Shown: positions 18,631 through 28,307 of the stretch, one piece after another
Numbering within the stretch: the stretch's first letter is position 1
Layout of the letters: every line of letters starts with the position of its first letter
Source of the DNA: a virus
Lineage: Duplodnaviria; Caudoviricetes
Virus record (IMG/VR): IMGVR_UViG_3300044297_000213
Span: 1-44,746 of that record
Strand: one strand, 5' to 3'
Length of the DNA: 44,746 nt
Position numbers and translations under genes: made by a program
The notes under the pieces: model-generated
Databases searched by the model: none
What the model saw: only the letters and a program-made list of their open reading frames with translations
Told to the model about the DNA's origin: nothing

Positions 18631-19179
18631 TTAACCGCCCCATGCAGGGAAGAAACCCATTTGTTGGCCTTGAAGCCATCTATTGGAAACTGATCCGGCC
18701 ATGCCAACAAAAGATCCAATCCCGTTCAACCACCCAGCTTGCGACGCATTTTGTCCCGCTGCGGTATAAACAGCAGCCTGATTTGAAAAATTAGTTGACT
18801 GAACAGTGTAATCATATGCAGTTTTCGCTGCATTGGATCGGATTGTATCAAGATCAGACATAGCCACAAGATGCTGCGATTCTTGCACTTCCTTTGCTGA
18901 GCCAGAATTAATATCAATTCCTGACGCAGCTTGTGCGGATTTAATTTGCCCCGCTTGTTGCCGGGCTTTCATGCCATAATTCTGTGCTTCAATCCCACCT
19001 TTTTGTAGCGCATAGTCACGGTTCTGTAATGCTATTTGAGCATTAATCTGAGCCATCTGGGCTTGATAATTATACATCTGTTGATTAGCTTGACCAGACA
19101 TAATACCGCCGACGGTATTCATAATCCCGCCAGCGATACTCGATCCAAGCCCAATTGAGGCAACTGTTGGTGCACTCAT
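18631..19179 (-). CDS. Internal virion protein (gp14-like)
   Basis: Gly/Ala/Gln-rich, AASGIDINSGS motif, hydrophobic ends. Confidence 0.75.
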   Translation of the reverse strand: MSAPTVASIGLGSSIAGGIMNTVGGIMSGQANQQMYNYQAQMAQINAQIALQNRDYALQKGGIEAQNYGMKARQQAGQIKSAQAASGIDINSGSAKEVQESQHLVAMSDLDTIRSNAAKTAYDYTVQSTNFSNQAAVYTAAGQNASQAGWLNGIGSFVGMAGSVSNRWLQGQQMGFFPAWGG

Positions 19180-19595
19180 TTTTTAGCCCCAATTATGAAT
19201 GGCATAGTCCTATCGGAAGTTGGCAAAAAGACTGCGCCAAGCCATGTTAACCAGCGTTTAGACTCATTATTAACACAAACCCCGCAAATAGTGGAATATT
19301 GACTTAGAAGATTATTAATAACTTTTATCGACCACCGGGCAACAATATAAGGATGCTTTTCTGCTATTTTAGTATGATAAAACCAAATATAAGCTTCATC
19401 ACAAAGTAAAGCCAATCGCTTAGCACCAATGAATCCAAGAAGTCTATCATCACCAAATGCGGCGATTAAAAATTCTGACTGTATTGCAGCATCATATAAT
19501 GTTATTGCTTCAAGATCTGTTAATTCAGGCATATCTCGATGCAAAAGTAAAGACTTAAATTGTAGCCGATTGATATTATATATCTCCACTTTCAT
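19176..19595 (-). CDS. GNAT-fold virion assembly protein (T7 gp13-like)
   Basis: Position after the nozzle; N..SKRWLTWLGA.F motif. Confidence 0.7.
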   Translation of the reverse strand: MKVEIYNINRLQFKSLLLHRDMPELTDLEAITLYDAAIQSEFLIAAFGDDRLLGFIGAKRLALLCDEAYIWFYHTKIAEKHPYIVARWSIKVINNLLSQYSTICGVCVNNESKRWLTWLGAVFLPTSDRTMPFIIGAKK

Positions 19596-22405
19596 TTTGT
19601 ATCTCCGATTGTGTACGACGGAAATACGCCTAGGATTGTTGCTGGATATGGATTGGATTGGCGGATATAATACTGACCCGGGATAGTGTAAGCAGGTGAG
19701 AGAATTGTTTTCGCATCACCTGTAACAAGATTTGTTACAACCTGACTCGCTTGCCCTGTGAGCATAGATGACACGTTATTTAAAACCAAATCTTTCATTT
19801 GGACTAATTGACCACTATCTGGCCCGATGGAAAGCCCGAGAGTTTCAAAAACGCGTACGTCAACAGAGTTAATCTTTTTAACTTTACCTTGAACTGTTGG
19901 CTCACCAAGGTCAAGAGCTAGAGTTTGTAAATCACATGTATACCCTATACCAACAGATACCTTCGACGCGGGTGCTGGTAATGTAAATATACCAGAGGTA
20001 GGCATAACAAATGGTGTAATCGGAAGTCCGTCGGCAAGTCCAGTTACAGTTTGTCCGGCAAGATGTTCGCCACCTATAAATGTAGATGCGGGTGTGCCCG
20101 AATAACGAAGACCTGCATCAACACAGAATGCATCAGCAACAAGACCTGTTGTTGTACGTTCAGAAAGCCTTTCGATATATTTTACTGTATTACCATTTAT
20201 AACCCGTTCAATAACAAAATATGTCGCGTCAACATTTGTATTTTGATAGGGTTCTGAGGCAACAGCAATTGATTTAAAATTGCCGTTGTTTGTATAATGC
20301 TGAGCCCACCCAACAAATTCTTGTTCTTTCAAGAATGTTAGCGAAAGGAGCTTGCCATCATCACGAACTGACCAAGCAATATAATATGGTTGCTGTGCCC
20401 AAGCCCATTCTACAATTGTTTTATTTGCAAATAAATGCGAAGACATTACTGAAATGTCAGTGCCGGTGAATACATTATAGTAAATATTGAATGCCAGATC
20501 TCGAACGCCGGAACCTTTGGATTGAACGTAAAGAATATCATAATTCGCCACAATAGGAGGAACATCATTTGCGCCGATACCGGATTGCATGCTTGCAACA
20601 ATACTCGTAGGAGTTACAGCCGAACCTGATGATCCGCCATTGATGAGCCATGACGCATTGTCTGTAAGAACAAGCATTCCCGCGGTGGATGAAGCAATTG
20701 ATTTAATAGAATTCAATACACCAGAAACAAGTGTGGCTGTAATGGCATCATCACTTCGTACAGGCGCTGATACATCAAAATTAAACGGACTTCCCGGCCG
20801 CGACATATACAAAGTTTCTGGCGCTCCGGCAGGACCCGCGAGAACAAGCCTCTGTTGGAAGAAACTCGGAACAGTCGGATTGCCATTCGAAGTTGGCGCA
20901 AGCACTGCTGTTGCAGTTGCAAGACCCGCCGAAAAAGTAACTCCGGGTGCCGCAGCATAACCTGAACCAGAGGTAAGAACATTAACTTGACGCACACCCC
21001 ATGTTGCGTTAGCTGTAGCACCGGTACCACCGCCTGTAGTTGTAATTTGAGCCAACGGATTTGGCGGGGTGGCACCGGAAGTTATTGAGCCAAGATTAAT
21101 CGCGTGCCACGCAGTAACTGCACCAGCCGCGACGGCATCTACATACATTGTAAGAGAATTTGGAAAATCAATAAGGTCACCAACAGCATAACCCGCACCA
21201 CCGGCAGCAATACCAGGAGTTGCATTAACACCAAGTTGAGCTATACCTACAGCCGGAATAGTAGCAACACCAACGAAATTAACCGTTGGTACCGCAAGAT
21301 AGGCACCTACTCCTGTCACGGTGACATAAGCAACACCAGAACCAGCGAATGGATTGCGGGATATAGGTGGTGTCTGGGTGAAATCTGGGGAGATATTAGA
21401 ATCTATAAATTCACTGCCTTTGACAGTTCCCACAAAACCGTATTGAACCCCATAAGGTACAACACCGAAATAGGATACATTTGATTCATAGATATTATAT
21501 CCAACAGCATTTGCGTTGGGATTCCATGCGATTTTAATCGATCCAGCTGTGGTGCGGATATCAGAAGTATCAAGAAGTGTTGCTACATCAGAAAGAGACG
21601 ATTCTTGGCCGTTTGAATCAATGGAGGTTACACCATATGAATAATTAACACTACCTGATTTTAGTGTTGTGGTTATGGCAAGACCAGTTGGCGCGGAGAC
21701 TGTTGTACCAATTGAAATAGGTACAAGTGTCCAATTTGTTGCTGTGATAAGAGTTAATACATATGGAGAATGATTCGGATGACAGATTATCATTTGGTTT
21801 ACTTTAGAAGTAAACTTAAGCAAACGAAGATCATCAGCTGAAGTATAAGGCGAAGAAATTTCATAAATCCGTGAGGCAGTTCCGCCTGCGGTATAAGCAC
21901 TGAATGTTGTTGAATTTAAATTAGTTCCATCAAGATTGTGCAGTGTTACAAGATTACCAACAACATTGGCTACAATGAAATAACGGCCATTTATCTGGGT
22001 CATACCCCCAACGCCAGAAACATAAATCCATTTGCCAACAGTCAACGTGGTACCTACAATTGTAAGCACGCATGGATTAGCTTGAGTCGCACCGGAAATT
22101 ACTTCAGTGTTAGAAGTGATTACGCCGCCCCGATAAATAAATCGTATATAACCATTACCGCACTCTAAAACATAACCGATGTTAAATGCGGCTTGAAATG
22201 GAATAAGCCGCACGGGATTCGCGGAATCTTTACATTGGATTATATATTGAGTACCCGGACGACTTGAAGCACCACCGCGATAATCAACGAAGAAATTACG
22301 TAGAAGCGCCGCACCAGATTTATACTTAGCAATATCCACACGTGCATAAAGGTTCGGCGACCATTCGCCGGAATTAAATGAAGCCTGCGCGTAGATTTCA
22401 CTCAT
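19592..22405 (-). CDS. Tail tubular protein B / nozzle
   Basis: QASFNSGEWSP...RPGT start, FFQQRL, EQEFVGW, QSNPYPATIL end; start moved to ATG 22405. Confidence 0.9.
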   Translation of the reverse strand: MSEIYAQASFNSGEWSPNLYARVDIAKYKSGAALLRNFFVDYRGGASSRPGTQYIIQCKDSANPVRLIPFQAAFNIGYVLECGNGYIRFIYRGGVITSNTEVISGATQANPCVLTIVGTTLTVGKWIYVSGVGGMTQINGRYFIVANVVGNLVTLHNLDGTNLNSTTFSAYTAGGTASRIYEISSPYTSADDLRLLKFTSKVNQMIICHPNHSPYVLTLITATNWTLVPISIGTTVSAPTGLAITTTLKSGSVNYSYGVTSIDSNGQESSLSDVATLLDTSDIRTTAGSIKIAWNPNANAVGYNIYESNVSYFGVVPYGVQYGFVGTVKGSEFIDSNISPDFTQTPPISRNPFAGSGVAYVTVTGVGAYLAVPTVNFVGVATIPAVGIAQLGVNATPGIAAGGAGYAVGDLIDFPNSLTMYVDAVAAGAVTAWHAINLGSITSGATPPNPLAQITTTGGGTGATANATWGVRQVNVLTSGSGYAAAPGVTFSAGLATATAVLAPTSNGNPTVPSFFQQRLVLAGPAGAPETLYMSRPGSPFNFDVSAPVRSDDAITATLVSGVLNSIKSIASSTAGMLVLTDNASWLINGGSSGSAVTPTSIVASMQSGIGANDVPPIVANYDILYVQSKGSGVRDLAFNIYYNVFTGTDISVMSSHLFANKTIVEWAWAQQPYYIAWSVRDDGKLLSLTFLKEQEFVGWAQHYTNNGNFKSIAVASEPYQNTNVDATYFVIERVINGNTVKYIERLSERTTTGLVADAFCVDAGLRYSGTPASTFIGGEHLAGQTVTGLADGLPITPFVMPTSGIFTLPAPASKVSVGIGYTCDLQTLALDLGEPTVQGKVKKINSVDVRVFETLGLSIGPDSGQLVQMKDLVLNNVSSMLTGQASQVVTNLVTGDAKTILSPAYTIPGQYYIRQSNPYPATILGVFPSYTIGDTK

Positions 22406-22604
22406 CAGAGACTTCCAGATTCTTAAGTTTAGCATTTATTACAATAGTATCAATTACATTATCCCAATCATCCTTTGGTATCTTAGATAAAGCTTTTTGC
22501 AGTACAATTTTAATCAAAGCCAAAATAGATGGTAATCCATCTTGGGCATACAAAACTGTAATTGATTCCAATGCAGTTCTAAGATTATCTGTCTCTTGAG
22601 ACAT
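22398..22604 (-). CDS. Hypothetical protein
   Basis: 68 aa between the tail genes. Confidence 0.5.
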   Translation of the reverse strand: MSQETDNLRTALESITVLYAQDGLPSILALIKIVLQKALSKIPKDDWDNVIDTIVINAKLKNLEVSDE

Positions 22605-22607
22605 AGA

Positions 22608-23702
22608 TCACCCAAATACTGGCCACATATTGCCCCAATCAAATGATGATCCGGGACCGGCGAATGTTCCACCTGCGTTATATCCACGAATACGAATCCA
22701 ATCAGGCGTTAGATCATTGATAGTAAGTCCTTCACTAGCATCCTGGGCTCGGGCTTCAATAATCGCCATATTTGCAAGTTGTATTGCGTCATTGGCAATT
22801 TTCTTATCCCCAGTCAAAGCCATACAAACTGTGGCCCCAAGGATTTTAGTGTAAGCATCCTGAAAAAGATCATCAGTTATATTCATATCCGTAACGTCAC
22901 GGACATAAACAGCCGTGGCCTGCGGCTGATCCGTTAGTATAACTCTCTGCGGAGTTGGCGCTAATTGTGTTATACTAAATGCCGCGCCAGTTCCAGAACC
23001 TGACGTAGAACCTTGTTGAATAGACCCGGCCTGAATATTAAAATATGAGCCAGATTGAATTGGAACTGAATAAGGTACAGACTCTACAAGATCAGCGGAA
23101 GTAATTGCACCGAATGCGCCAATTGCATTTACTTTAACTTGAGCAGGAGCCCCGATTGGAGCTTGGTCTGTTGGACCCAATGCAAGAGTTATGATTTCAT
23201 CAACTACATAACCAGTTCCGGGCGCATCAATTGAAACTGTAGTAGCCGGGCGAAATGTATCAGTTTGCACCGCGTACTTAATAGGAGCCCCACTCATAAC
23301 CGCAGCAGGGCCGAAACTTACAGCCACAGGAGAAATCGGAATTATGAAATCATTACTAACCTGCGCGACTGGGATTATCCAACACATAAGAAGACAATCA
23401 ACAGGATATTGATATTCATAAAGCCATGGCGGGGTGGGCAATCCCGGAACCCAACGTGTAAACGATGCCGAGCCATTTTCAGGCGTGCCCGGCATCGAAG
23501 TAATATAAGCCAAATTCATCGTTTTCATTGCACAATCCCACGGCGCCATTCGAAGCAACCGCCGCCGGACATTGTCCTTAGCAATGTTGATTTGAATGGC
23601 TTCGTTGGTAGTATTGTTGTCAAGTTCAGGCCCAGTTACAGTAGTCCGAGTTCCGACAACTTGCAGCGCGCGATTGGCAATGTCAACGAAGGTGGTCATC
23701 AC
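22608..23702 (-). CDS. Tail tubular protein A / adaptor with inserted beta domain
   Basis: DIANRAL...LLRMAPWDCA...YQYPVDCL...DDLF...ALTG...PDWIRIRG. Confidence 0.85.
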   Translation of the reverse strand: MMTTFVDIANRALQVVGTRTTVTGPELDNNTTNEAIQINIAKDNVRRRLLRMAPWDCAMKTMNLAYITSMPGTPENGSASFTRWVPGLPTPPWLYEYQYPVDCLLMCWIIPVAQVSNDFIIPISPVAVSFGPAAVMSGAPIKYAVQTDTFRPATTVSIDAPGTGYVVDEIITLALGPTDQAPIGAPAQVKVNAIGAFGAITSADLVESVPYSVPIQSGSYFNIQAGSIQQGSTSGSGTGAAFSITQLAPTPQRVILTDQPQATAVYVRDVTDMNITDDLFQDAYTKILGATVCMALTGDKKIANDAIQLANMAIIEARAQDASEGLTINDLTPDWIRIRGYNAGGTFAGPGSSFDWGNMWPVFG

Positions 23703-23854
23703 CGCTTACCTTGTGTTCCACAATTACCGTGGTTGGTCCCGCCAAGGCCGGGGCCGTTAGTGGAAGGCCCTGGCCCGATCGGTTGGGAATAGGTGCCGCT
23801 AGAGACGGTGGGCTTGCCCCCGTTGGTAGTGGGAGCCGAAGCTGTTTTACTCAT
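23699..23854 (-). CDS. Small Gly/Pro-rich protein
   Basis: GGAG RBS, stop overlaps the adaptor start; start site uncertain. Confidence 0.5.
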   Translation of the reverse strand: MSKTASAPTTNGGKPTVSSGTYSQPIGPGPSTNGPGLGGTNHGNCGTQGKR

Positions 23855-24047
23855 TTTCATCATCTCCATCGTCGTTGTTTTCTTCTTCAACTTTAACCGA
23901 TTCTTCGGGATTTTTATAATTAAATTCTTCGGGTTCCATCATGCGAAGTTCTTCTTCAGCAGCACGAGCGATTTTTGTGGCCGCACTGACGCCAATTGAC
24001 TTATGCACTACTTGGAGCAATGTCAAAACTCGATCATAGTCGTACAT
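23847..24047 (-). CDS. Small acidic hypothetical protein
   Basis: AGGAG RBS, operon packing. Confidence 0.6.
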   Translation of the reverse strand: MYDYDRVLTLLQVVHKSIGVSAATKIARAAEEELRMMEPEEFNYKNPEESVKVEEENNDDGDDENE

Positions 24048-24056
24048 ATTTATCTC

Positions 24057-24449
24057 CTAGCTATTAGACTCTATCACCGTCAAAGCATTATTAGCCCCGG
24101 CAGCAACATCTGCAAACGCTTGCCATCCACCTTGAACTTCCCCTGTAAGTTCAATTGGAAGGTTATTAGCTTTTAGTTTTATACACCCACCCCGCGCCGC
24201 AAGACTCGGAACTAACGCTACATTTGAAGGCGTCGTTGGCGCCGTACCGAGTACATTTTGCACAAAAAGCGGAGCGATAAAAAGATCCTGTGTTCCAGGG
24301 TTGAAGAACACAATTTTCTGTCTCTGAGGATTTGGTTGTGCTACAATCACTAAACCAAATTCAGAGATATTATTATACCCATAAATCTTCCCGCCGGAAG
24401 CGGAGGCATTAGCAAGAACACTTCCGGGACTTCCGACGAACATACCCAT
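24057..24449 (-). CDS. Putative virion beta-sandwich protein (head spike/fibre base-like)
   Basis: NPQRQKIVFFNPG; late operon. Confidence 0.55.
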   Translation of the reverse strand: MGMFVGSPGSVLANASASGGKIYGYNNISEFGLVIVAQPNPQRQKIVFFNPGTQDLFIAPLFVQNVLGTAPTTPSNVALVPSLAARGGCIKLKANNLPIELTGEVQGGWQAFADVAAGANNALTVIESNS

Positions 24450-24937
24450 CAGACACTCCTGCGCATAGAAGATTTATTCATCTCGACAAGACCGCTGATT
24501 GCAGCCACAAGTTCCGCAAGACCCGGAATTTCAACAGGTTTCGTTTCAAGCTGAAACTTGGTTTGTATAGCATCTACAGCAGTTTGTGCATAATTCGCCG
24601 GCGCCGTTTCAGGATTATACGCCCACTTACTTTCAAACTGAGCACTGATAGCGCGAGCCTCATCATCGACGGGCATCATATCGGGAGTAGGATCACCAAT
24701 GAAGACAATATCATCAGCCTCACCCTGATCTTTCTTACAGACGATGATTTCACCTTGCTCATTGTCTTTAAATCCCCATCGCTTGGTCCAACAAGATTCA
24801 TCTTTAGGATCGAGAAAACGGGGCACAACAAATTTCTGCCTGACCGGCCGCCCGGTCACGCGATCATTTTCAGTATATTCCCAAGTTTCACCGGGAACAT
24901 TAAGATAGTGGGCAGTCATCAATTTCCAGCGGGCCAT
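24449..24937 (-). CDS. Hypothetical protein, head-tail region
   Basis: AGGAG RBS, 162 aa. Confidence 0.7.
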   Translation of the reverse strand: MARWKLMTAHYLNVPGETWEYTENDRVTGRPVRQKFVVPRFLDPKDESCWTKRWGFKDNEQGEIIVCKKDQGEADDIVFIGDPTPDMMPVDDEARAISAQFESKWAYNPETAPANYAQTAVDAIQTKFQLETKPVEIPGLAELVAAISGLVEMNKSSMRRSV

Positions 24938-24956
24938 GATACGCTCCTATATTTTG

Positions 24957-24976
24957 GGTGGGACCTAAGCCCCACC
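24957..24976 (-). promoter_or_regulatory. Intergenic hairpin, core GGTGGGGCTTAGGTCCCACC (copy 2)
   Basis: Exact 20-nt match to 4702-4721, each in the sense of local transcription. Confidence 0.75.
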
Positions 24977-24985
24977 CGAAGTTAT

Positions 24986-25615
24986 TTACTGCTCAATCCA
25001 CTGAATATCAGCGTGAATCAATCCCGTCGTGATCGAAGTCGCGTTGAGATTAATACAAAGCTGCTGCGCAGTTCCACGAAGAATTGCTTCCTGATCAAAA
25101 GACAATCCCGAAGAAAAGAACCATTCAATGGGCCTAATTGAAGTACCCGCCGAAGTCACTGGCAACGTGGTCCAAGCTGACCTAAGATAAGTCGGGGACG
25201 TATCATTGATCGTGGGATTCGCTGAGTAACTAATCAGCGTGGCCGTGGCGGTTGGGTTAGTGCTATCGTTCTTTGCGATAGTGTTTGCCCAGTTCGCCGT
25301 AGTGGTTGCAGCTGTTCCACCGGTGTCCACAGAAGCCCGCCGCAGCAACGTAAACGGCGCGGTAACAAGGGTGGCAGCAGTGCCAGTAATGCTGATACGC
25401 TTGACATAAACCGTCTTAGAAGACGATCCAGCGATACAAGCGATATCAGTTGCCGAAGCTGCCGGAGGCAAGTTCAGCGCCACAGCAGAATACGTCACCT
25501 GTCGAAGGGTTGCTGTCACCAACCCAACTTGAGGAACGACGTTAACCTGCGCGATTGCAATAGTCGCAATCAGAGCCGCAACCATACCGAGAATATAAGG
25601 ACGAAGTTTAGTCAT
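24986..25615 (-). CDS. Signal-peptide-bearing beta-rich protein in the capsid operon (putative head decoration)
   Basis: True start ATG 25615 (TAAGGAGG RBS): MTKLRPYILGMVAALIATIAIA/Q; Thr/Ala-rich; 2 Cys. Confidence 0.75.
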   Translation of the reverse strand: MTKLRPYILGMVAALIATIAIAQVNVVPQVGLVTATLRQVTYSAVALNLPPAASATDIACIAGSSSKTVYVKRISITGTAATLVTAPFTLLRRASVDTGGTAATTTANWANTIAKNDSTNPTATATLISYSANPTINDTSPTYLRSAWTTLPVTSAGTSIRPIEWFFSSGLSFDQEAILRGTAQQLCINLNATSITTGLIHADIQWIEQ

Positions 25616-25625
25616 AAATCCCTCC

Positions 25626-26180
25626 TTAGTTGGCGACATTAATTCCGGCCGGATAGCCAGAATACACACCACTAGCGCCCATGATCTGATCATCACGATC
25701 AAGCACAACATTAACTTCAATCGCGCCGCCGGTGTGAGTACCGACGGTAATAAAGTTAAGCCGGATAAACCGCGGCGGCGCCTGCCCAGGAATCACACGC
25801 GGGAAGTTAATATTACCCCACTGAGAACCAGCGACAAGTGACGCTTCGGCCACAGCAGACGAGGTCCACATCGTTGTGTAAGAACCCGGAGCACCAGAAC
25901 CGTTATCAGGCGCGCCCTGGATTTGAAGTTGAAGACTAGTGCCACCCACGAAGGTGGTAGTGATCAACGCCGACAATTCGAGCGAAGCATCTTCACCGAT
26001 ACCAATGTCGCGGCCACCTGCACCAGCAGCATATGCTGGAAGACCTTCAACACCGAGATCAATTATATTAGACGCAACCTGAGTACCCGTTGTTGGAGCA
26101 TCAGTTTGCGCGCCGGAGGTGATGCCGCCAGTTGCACCGTTAGACGTGCCGGTGAATGTAAGAAATCCATCGAGGATCAT
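25626..26180 (-). CDS. Capsid cement/decoration protein (BPP-1 Bbp16-like)
   Basis: MILD..L.F...SNIIDLG...RDIGIG...RFIRLNF; directly after the capsid gene. Confidence 0.8.
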   Translation of the reverse strand: MILDGFLTFTGTSNGATGGITSGAQTDAPTTGTQVASNIIDLGVEGLPAYAAGAGGRDIGIGEDASLELSALITTTFVGGTSLQLQIQGAPDNGSGAPGSYTTMWTSSAVAEASLVAGSQWGNINFPRVIPGQAPPRFIRLNFITVGTHTGGAIEVNVVLDRDDQIMGASGVYSGYPAGINVAN

Positions 26181-26211
26181 GTTTTATCTCCTAAGATTGA
26201 GGAAGCTCTGA

Positions 26212-27255
26212 TTAGACAACCTGAGCTTCATTGTTGAGAATAGCATCGCAGGTCCGAACCGGAATGCCCCGGAAAGTGGTAACAACTTTACCGTCGAACT
26301 CGCTGAGATTAAGCAAGATGTTGGTCTTGTTCATCGCCTGTAGATCAAGATAAGTCCGAACCACGCGGTTGCAGTAAATTACAGTTTTACCCATATTCCC
26401 ACGAACCATCGGCGTGTCGGATGATTGAATTGCCGTGGCTTGCGAGGGTGCCGTGGGCAGACGATAAAGGGCGCGAACAATAAGATTGATCAGATTCGCG
26501 GCCGAAACACCAGTGAGTTGGGTCACGTCGATATTTGCAACACGAGCCCAATAACGCCAGTCACGGAGAACAAGCCCAATCTCCCATTTAAAATGGTCAC
26601 GATAGGCCTGATAGGTTCTACCTGCCGAATCGGTAATCGGCCACTCACCCATGTCTTGATGCTGGAGACCAGTGATCTTACCCTTCGGGAAAGTTGCGTG
26701 ACACGTATCCGAGCCCCATACACCAACCCAAAGAGAAGTGTTCGTTGACGAAGTGCCGCCGCCATCAAGAACATTGTTGGCAGTCTGAGAATTCGCAGTG
26801 GTTTTGGTCGAATACCTTGCCGCAAGTCCAGTGAAGCGCTCAGGGTTGGTATGCTGGTTTCCATAAATAAGCGTTGCAGCGACCTGTTGCGACATACCTT
26901 CGAGGAAGCCGCGAACCTCAGACATACGGAACTCAGCGGTGTTACCATTGAGATCAGCGATGTCTTTGTCGATAACAGCGTAAGTTTCAAGATTACCGCA
27001 GGTATCAACAATCTGCGCAGTGGTTGATTTACCGCTGGGAACACCGGAGTTCAAAAGACGCCATGTCGCCTGAGGCAAGCCTGTGCGAACAGTGGTCTTG
27101 TGCCCGGTGGGAAGATTACCCTCGATGACAAGCATATCATCAAGGATTTCATTGGTCTGAGACAGGAGCTCAATGATGGAAGCAAGTTTATATCCATCAT
27201 CCATACGCTTAGCCCAATCCGCGTATGTAAGTGCATAGGTACCAATAGTCGCCAT
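26212..27255 (-). CDS. Major capsid protein (BPP-1 Bbp17-like)
   Basis: IIELLSQTNEILDD...GNLPTGH.TTVRTGLP...FRGIPVR.CDAI. Confidence 0.92.
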   Translation of the reverse strand: MATIGTYALTYADWAKRMDDGYKLASIIELLSQTNEILDDMLVIEGNLPTGHKTTVRTGLPQATWRLLNSGVPSGKSTTAQIVDTCGNLETYAVIDKDIADLNGNTAEFRMSEVRGFLEGMSQQVAATLIYGNQHTNPERFTGLAARYSTKTTANSQTANNVLDGGGTSSTNTSLWVGVWGSDTCHATFPKGKITGLQHQDMGEWPITDSAGRTYQAYRDHFKWEIGLVLRDWRYWARVANIDVTQLTGVSAANLINLIVRALYRLPTAPSQATAIQSSDTPMVRGNMGKTVIYCNRVVRTYLDLQAMNKTNILLNLSEFDGKVVTTFRGIPVRTCDAILNNEAQVV

Positions 27256-27328
27256 TTTGATATTCCTTCGATTGAATTATATCTTCATCTAAGGTCTGAG
27301 CTAAGCTGTTCTACCCGCGACGGGGCCC

Positions 27329-28006
27329 TTAAGATGGAAGATTAGGATATATGGCCGAAGCCATGGATTTCGGAGCGGCCTTGCCATTACTAACTTGGCC
27401 ATGCGGAGAAGGCCCATTGCCAGAAACTGGACGGCCTTCGCTGAGAAGCTCAGAAAGCTTCCACAAGGTTTTGACAATCACAGGATGATCTCCCATGCCA
27501 GTTTCATTCATAGTTTTATTAAACTCCGCACGGAGATCTGGTGGAAGCATTTCTTTAGCGCGGCCAATAACGGCGCCAATTTCAGTCTGCTTCCCTGCCA
27601 TATCTTTATCAGAAGCAATTGCCTGTCGCCAACCTTCTCGCATTTCATTAATCTGCTGAACCACGCGAGTCTGCTGATCCTTCGCGATTTCATTATACAA
27701 ACCAGAAAGTTTATCAGCCTGAGCCTGAGTCAAACCGAGTTCTTTGAAAACAGGCGAGGCAAGTTCAACAAGCTTCTGGTTAACTTCACCACCTTCACCA
27801 GCTTTAAATTCATATTTCTCTGGGACAGCAGATTTAGCTTCTAGTTTAACTTCAGGTTTAACCTCAGGTTTCTGCTCCGTAGACGTCAGTGCCGATTGAT
27901 CCTTCAACTCGCCCGTCGCCGTCCTCGCTTCTGGCGAATTCATCATCGGAGGCGCTTCCGTCCCCGTGATCGTCTGAGTCTGCTCCGGCTGATTCTCGAC
28001 TTGCAT
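27329..28006 (-). CDS. Capsid scaffolding/assembly protein
   Basis: VPEKYEF, KELGLTQAQA, GMGDHP motifs; precedes the capsid gene. Confidence 0.8.
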   Translation of the reverse strand: MQVENQPEQTQTITGTEAPPMMNSPEARTATGELKDQSALTSTEQKPEVKPEVKLEAKSAVPEKYEFKAGEGGEVNQKLVELASPVFKELGLTQAQADKLSGLYNEIAKDQQTRVVQQINEMREGWRQAIASDKDMAGKQTEIGAVIGRAKEMLPPDLRAEFNKTMNETGMGDHPVIVKTLWKLSELLSEGRPVSGNGPSPHGQVSNGKAAPKSMASAIYPNLPS

Positions 28007-28307
28007 CTATTTGCTCCAGCTGCTTGATTTCTTTCATCATCAGGACAAAATCGTCTAGACAATTTGTTACAATAGCATGATAAATTTTCAATCCAACATT
28101 TCGTTCACCTTTAGAGTAGGCTTCAACAAGGGCATCTCCGCTGAATGGGTCGGCGAAGATATGGCAGGAAGAGAGTAGGTCATGAAACCAAATTCGCCCT
28201 GCTGATGTTGACATTGCGGCACAGATAAAGTTGACACGGTTTCTTTCGGCCAACTCTGCCGCCTTCTCGGCTCGTCGTATTTCCTTCCGGTTTGACGCAT
28301 TTATCAT
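27864..28307 (-). CDS. Bbp19-like protein
   Basis: MSTSAGR.W...EGERNVGL motif between portal and scaffold. Confidence 0.75.
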   Translation of the reverse strand: MINASNRKEIRRAEKAAELAERNRVNFICAAMSTSAGRIWFHDLLSSCHIFADPFSGDALVEAYSKGERNVGLKIYHAIVTNCLDDFVLMMKEIKQLEQIDASRESAGADSDDHGDGSASDDEFARSEDGDGRVEGSIGTDVYGAET

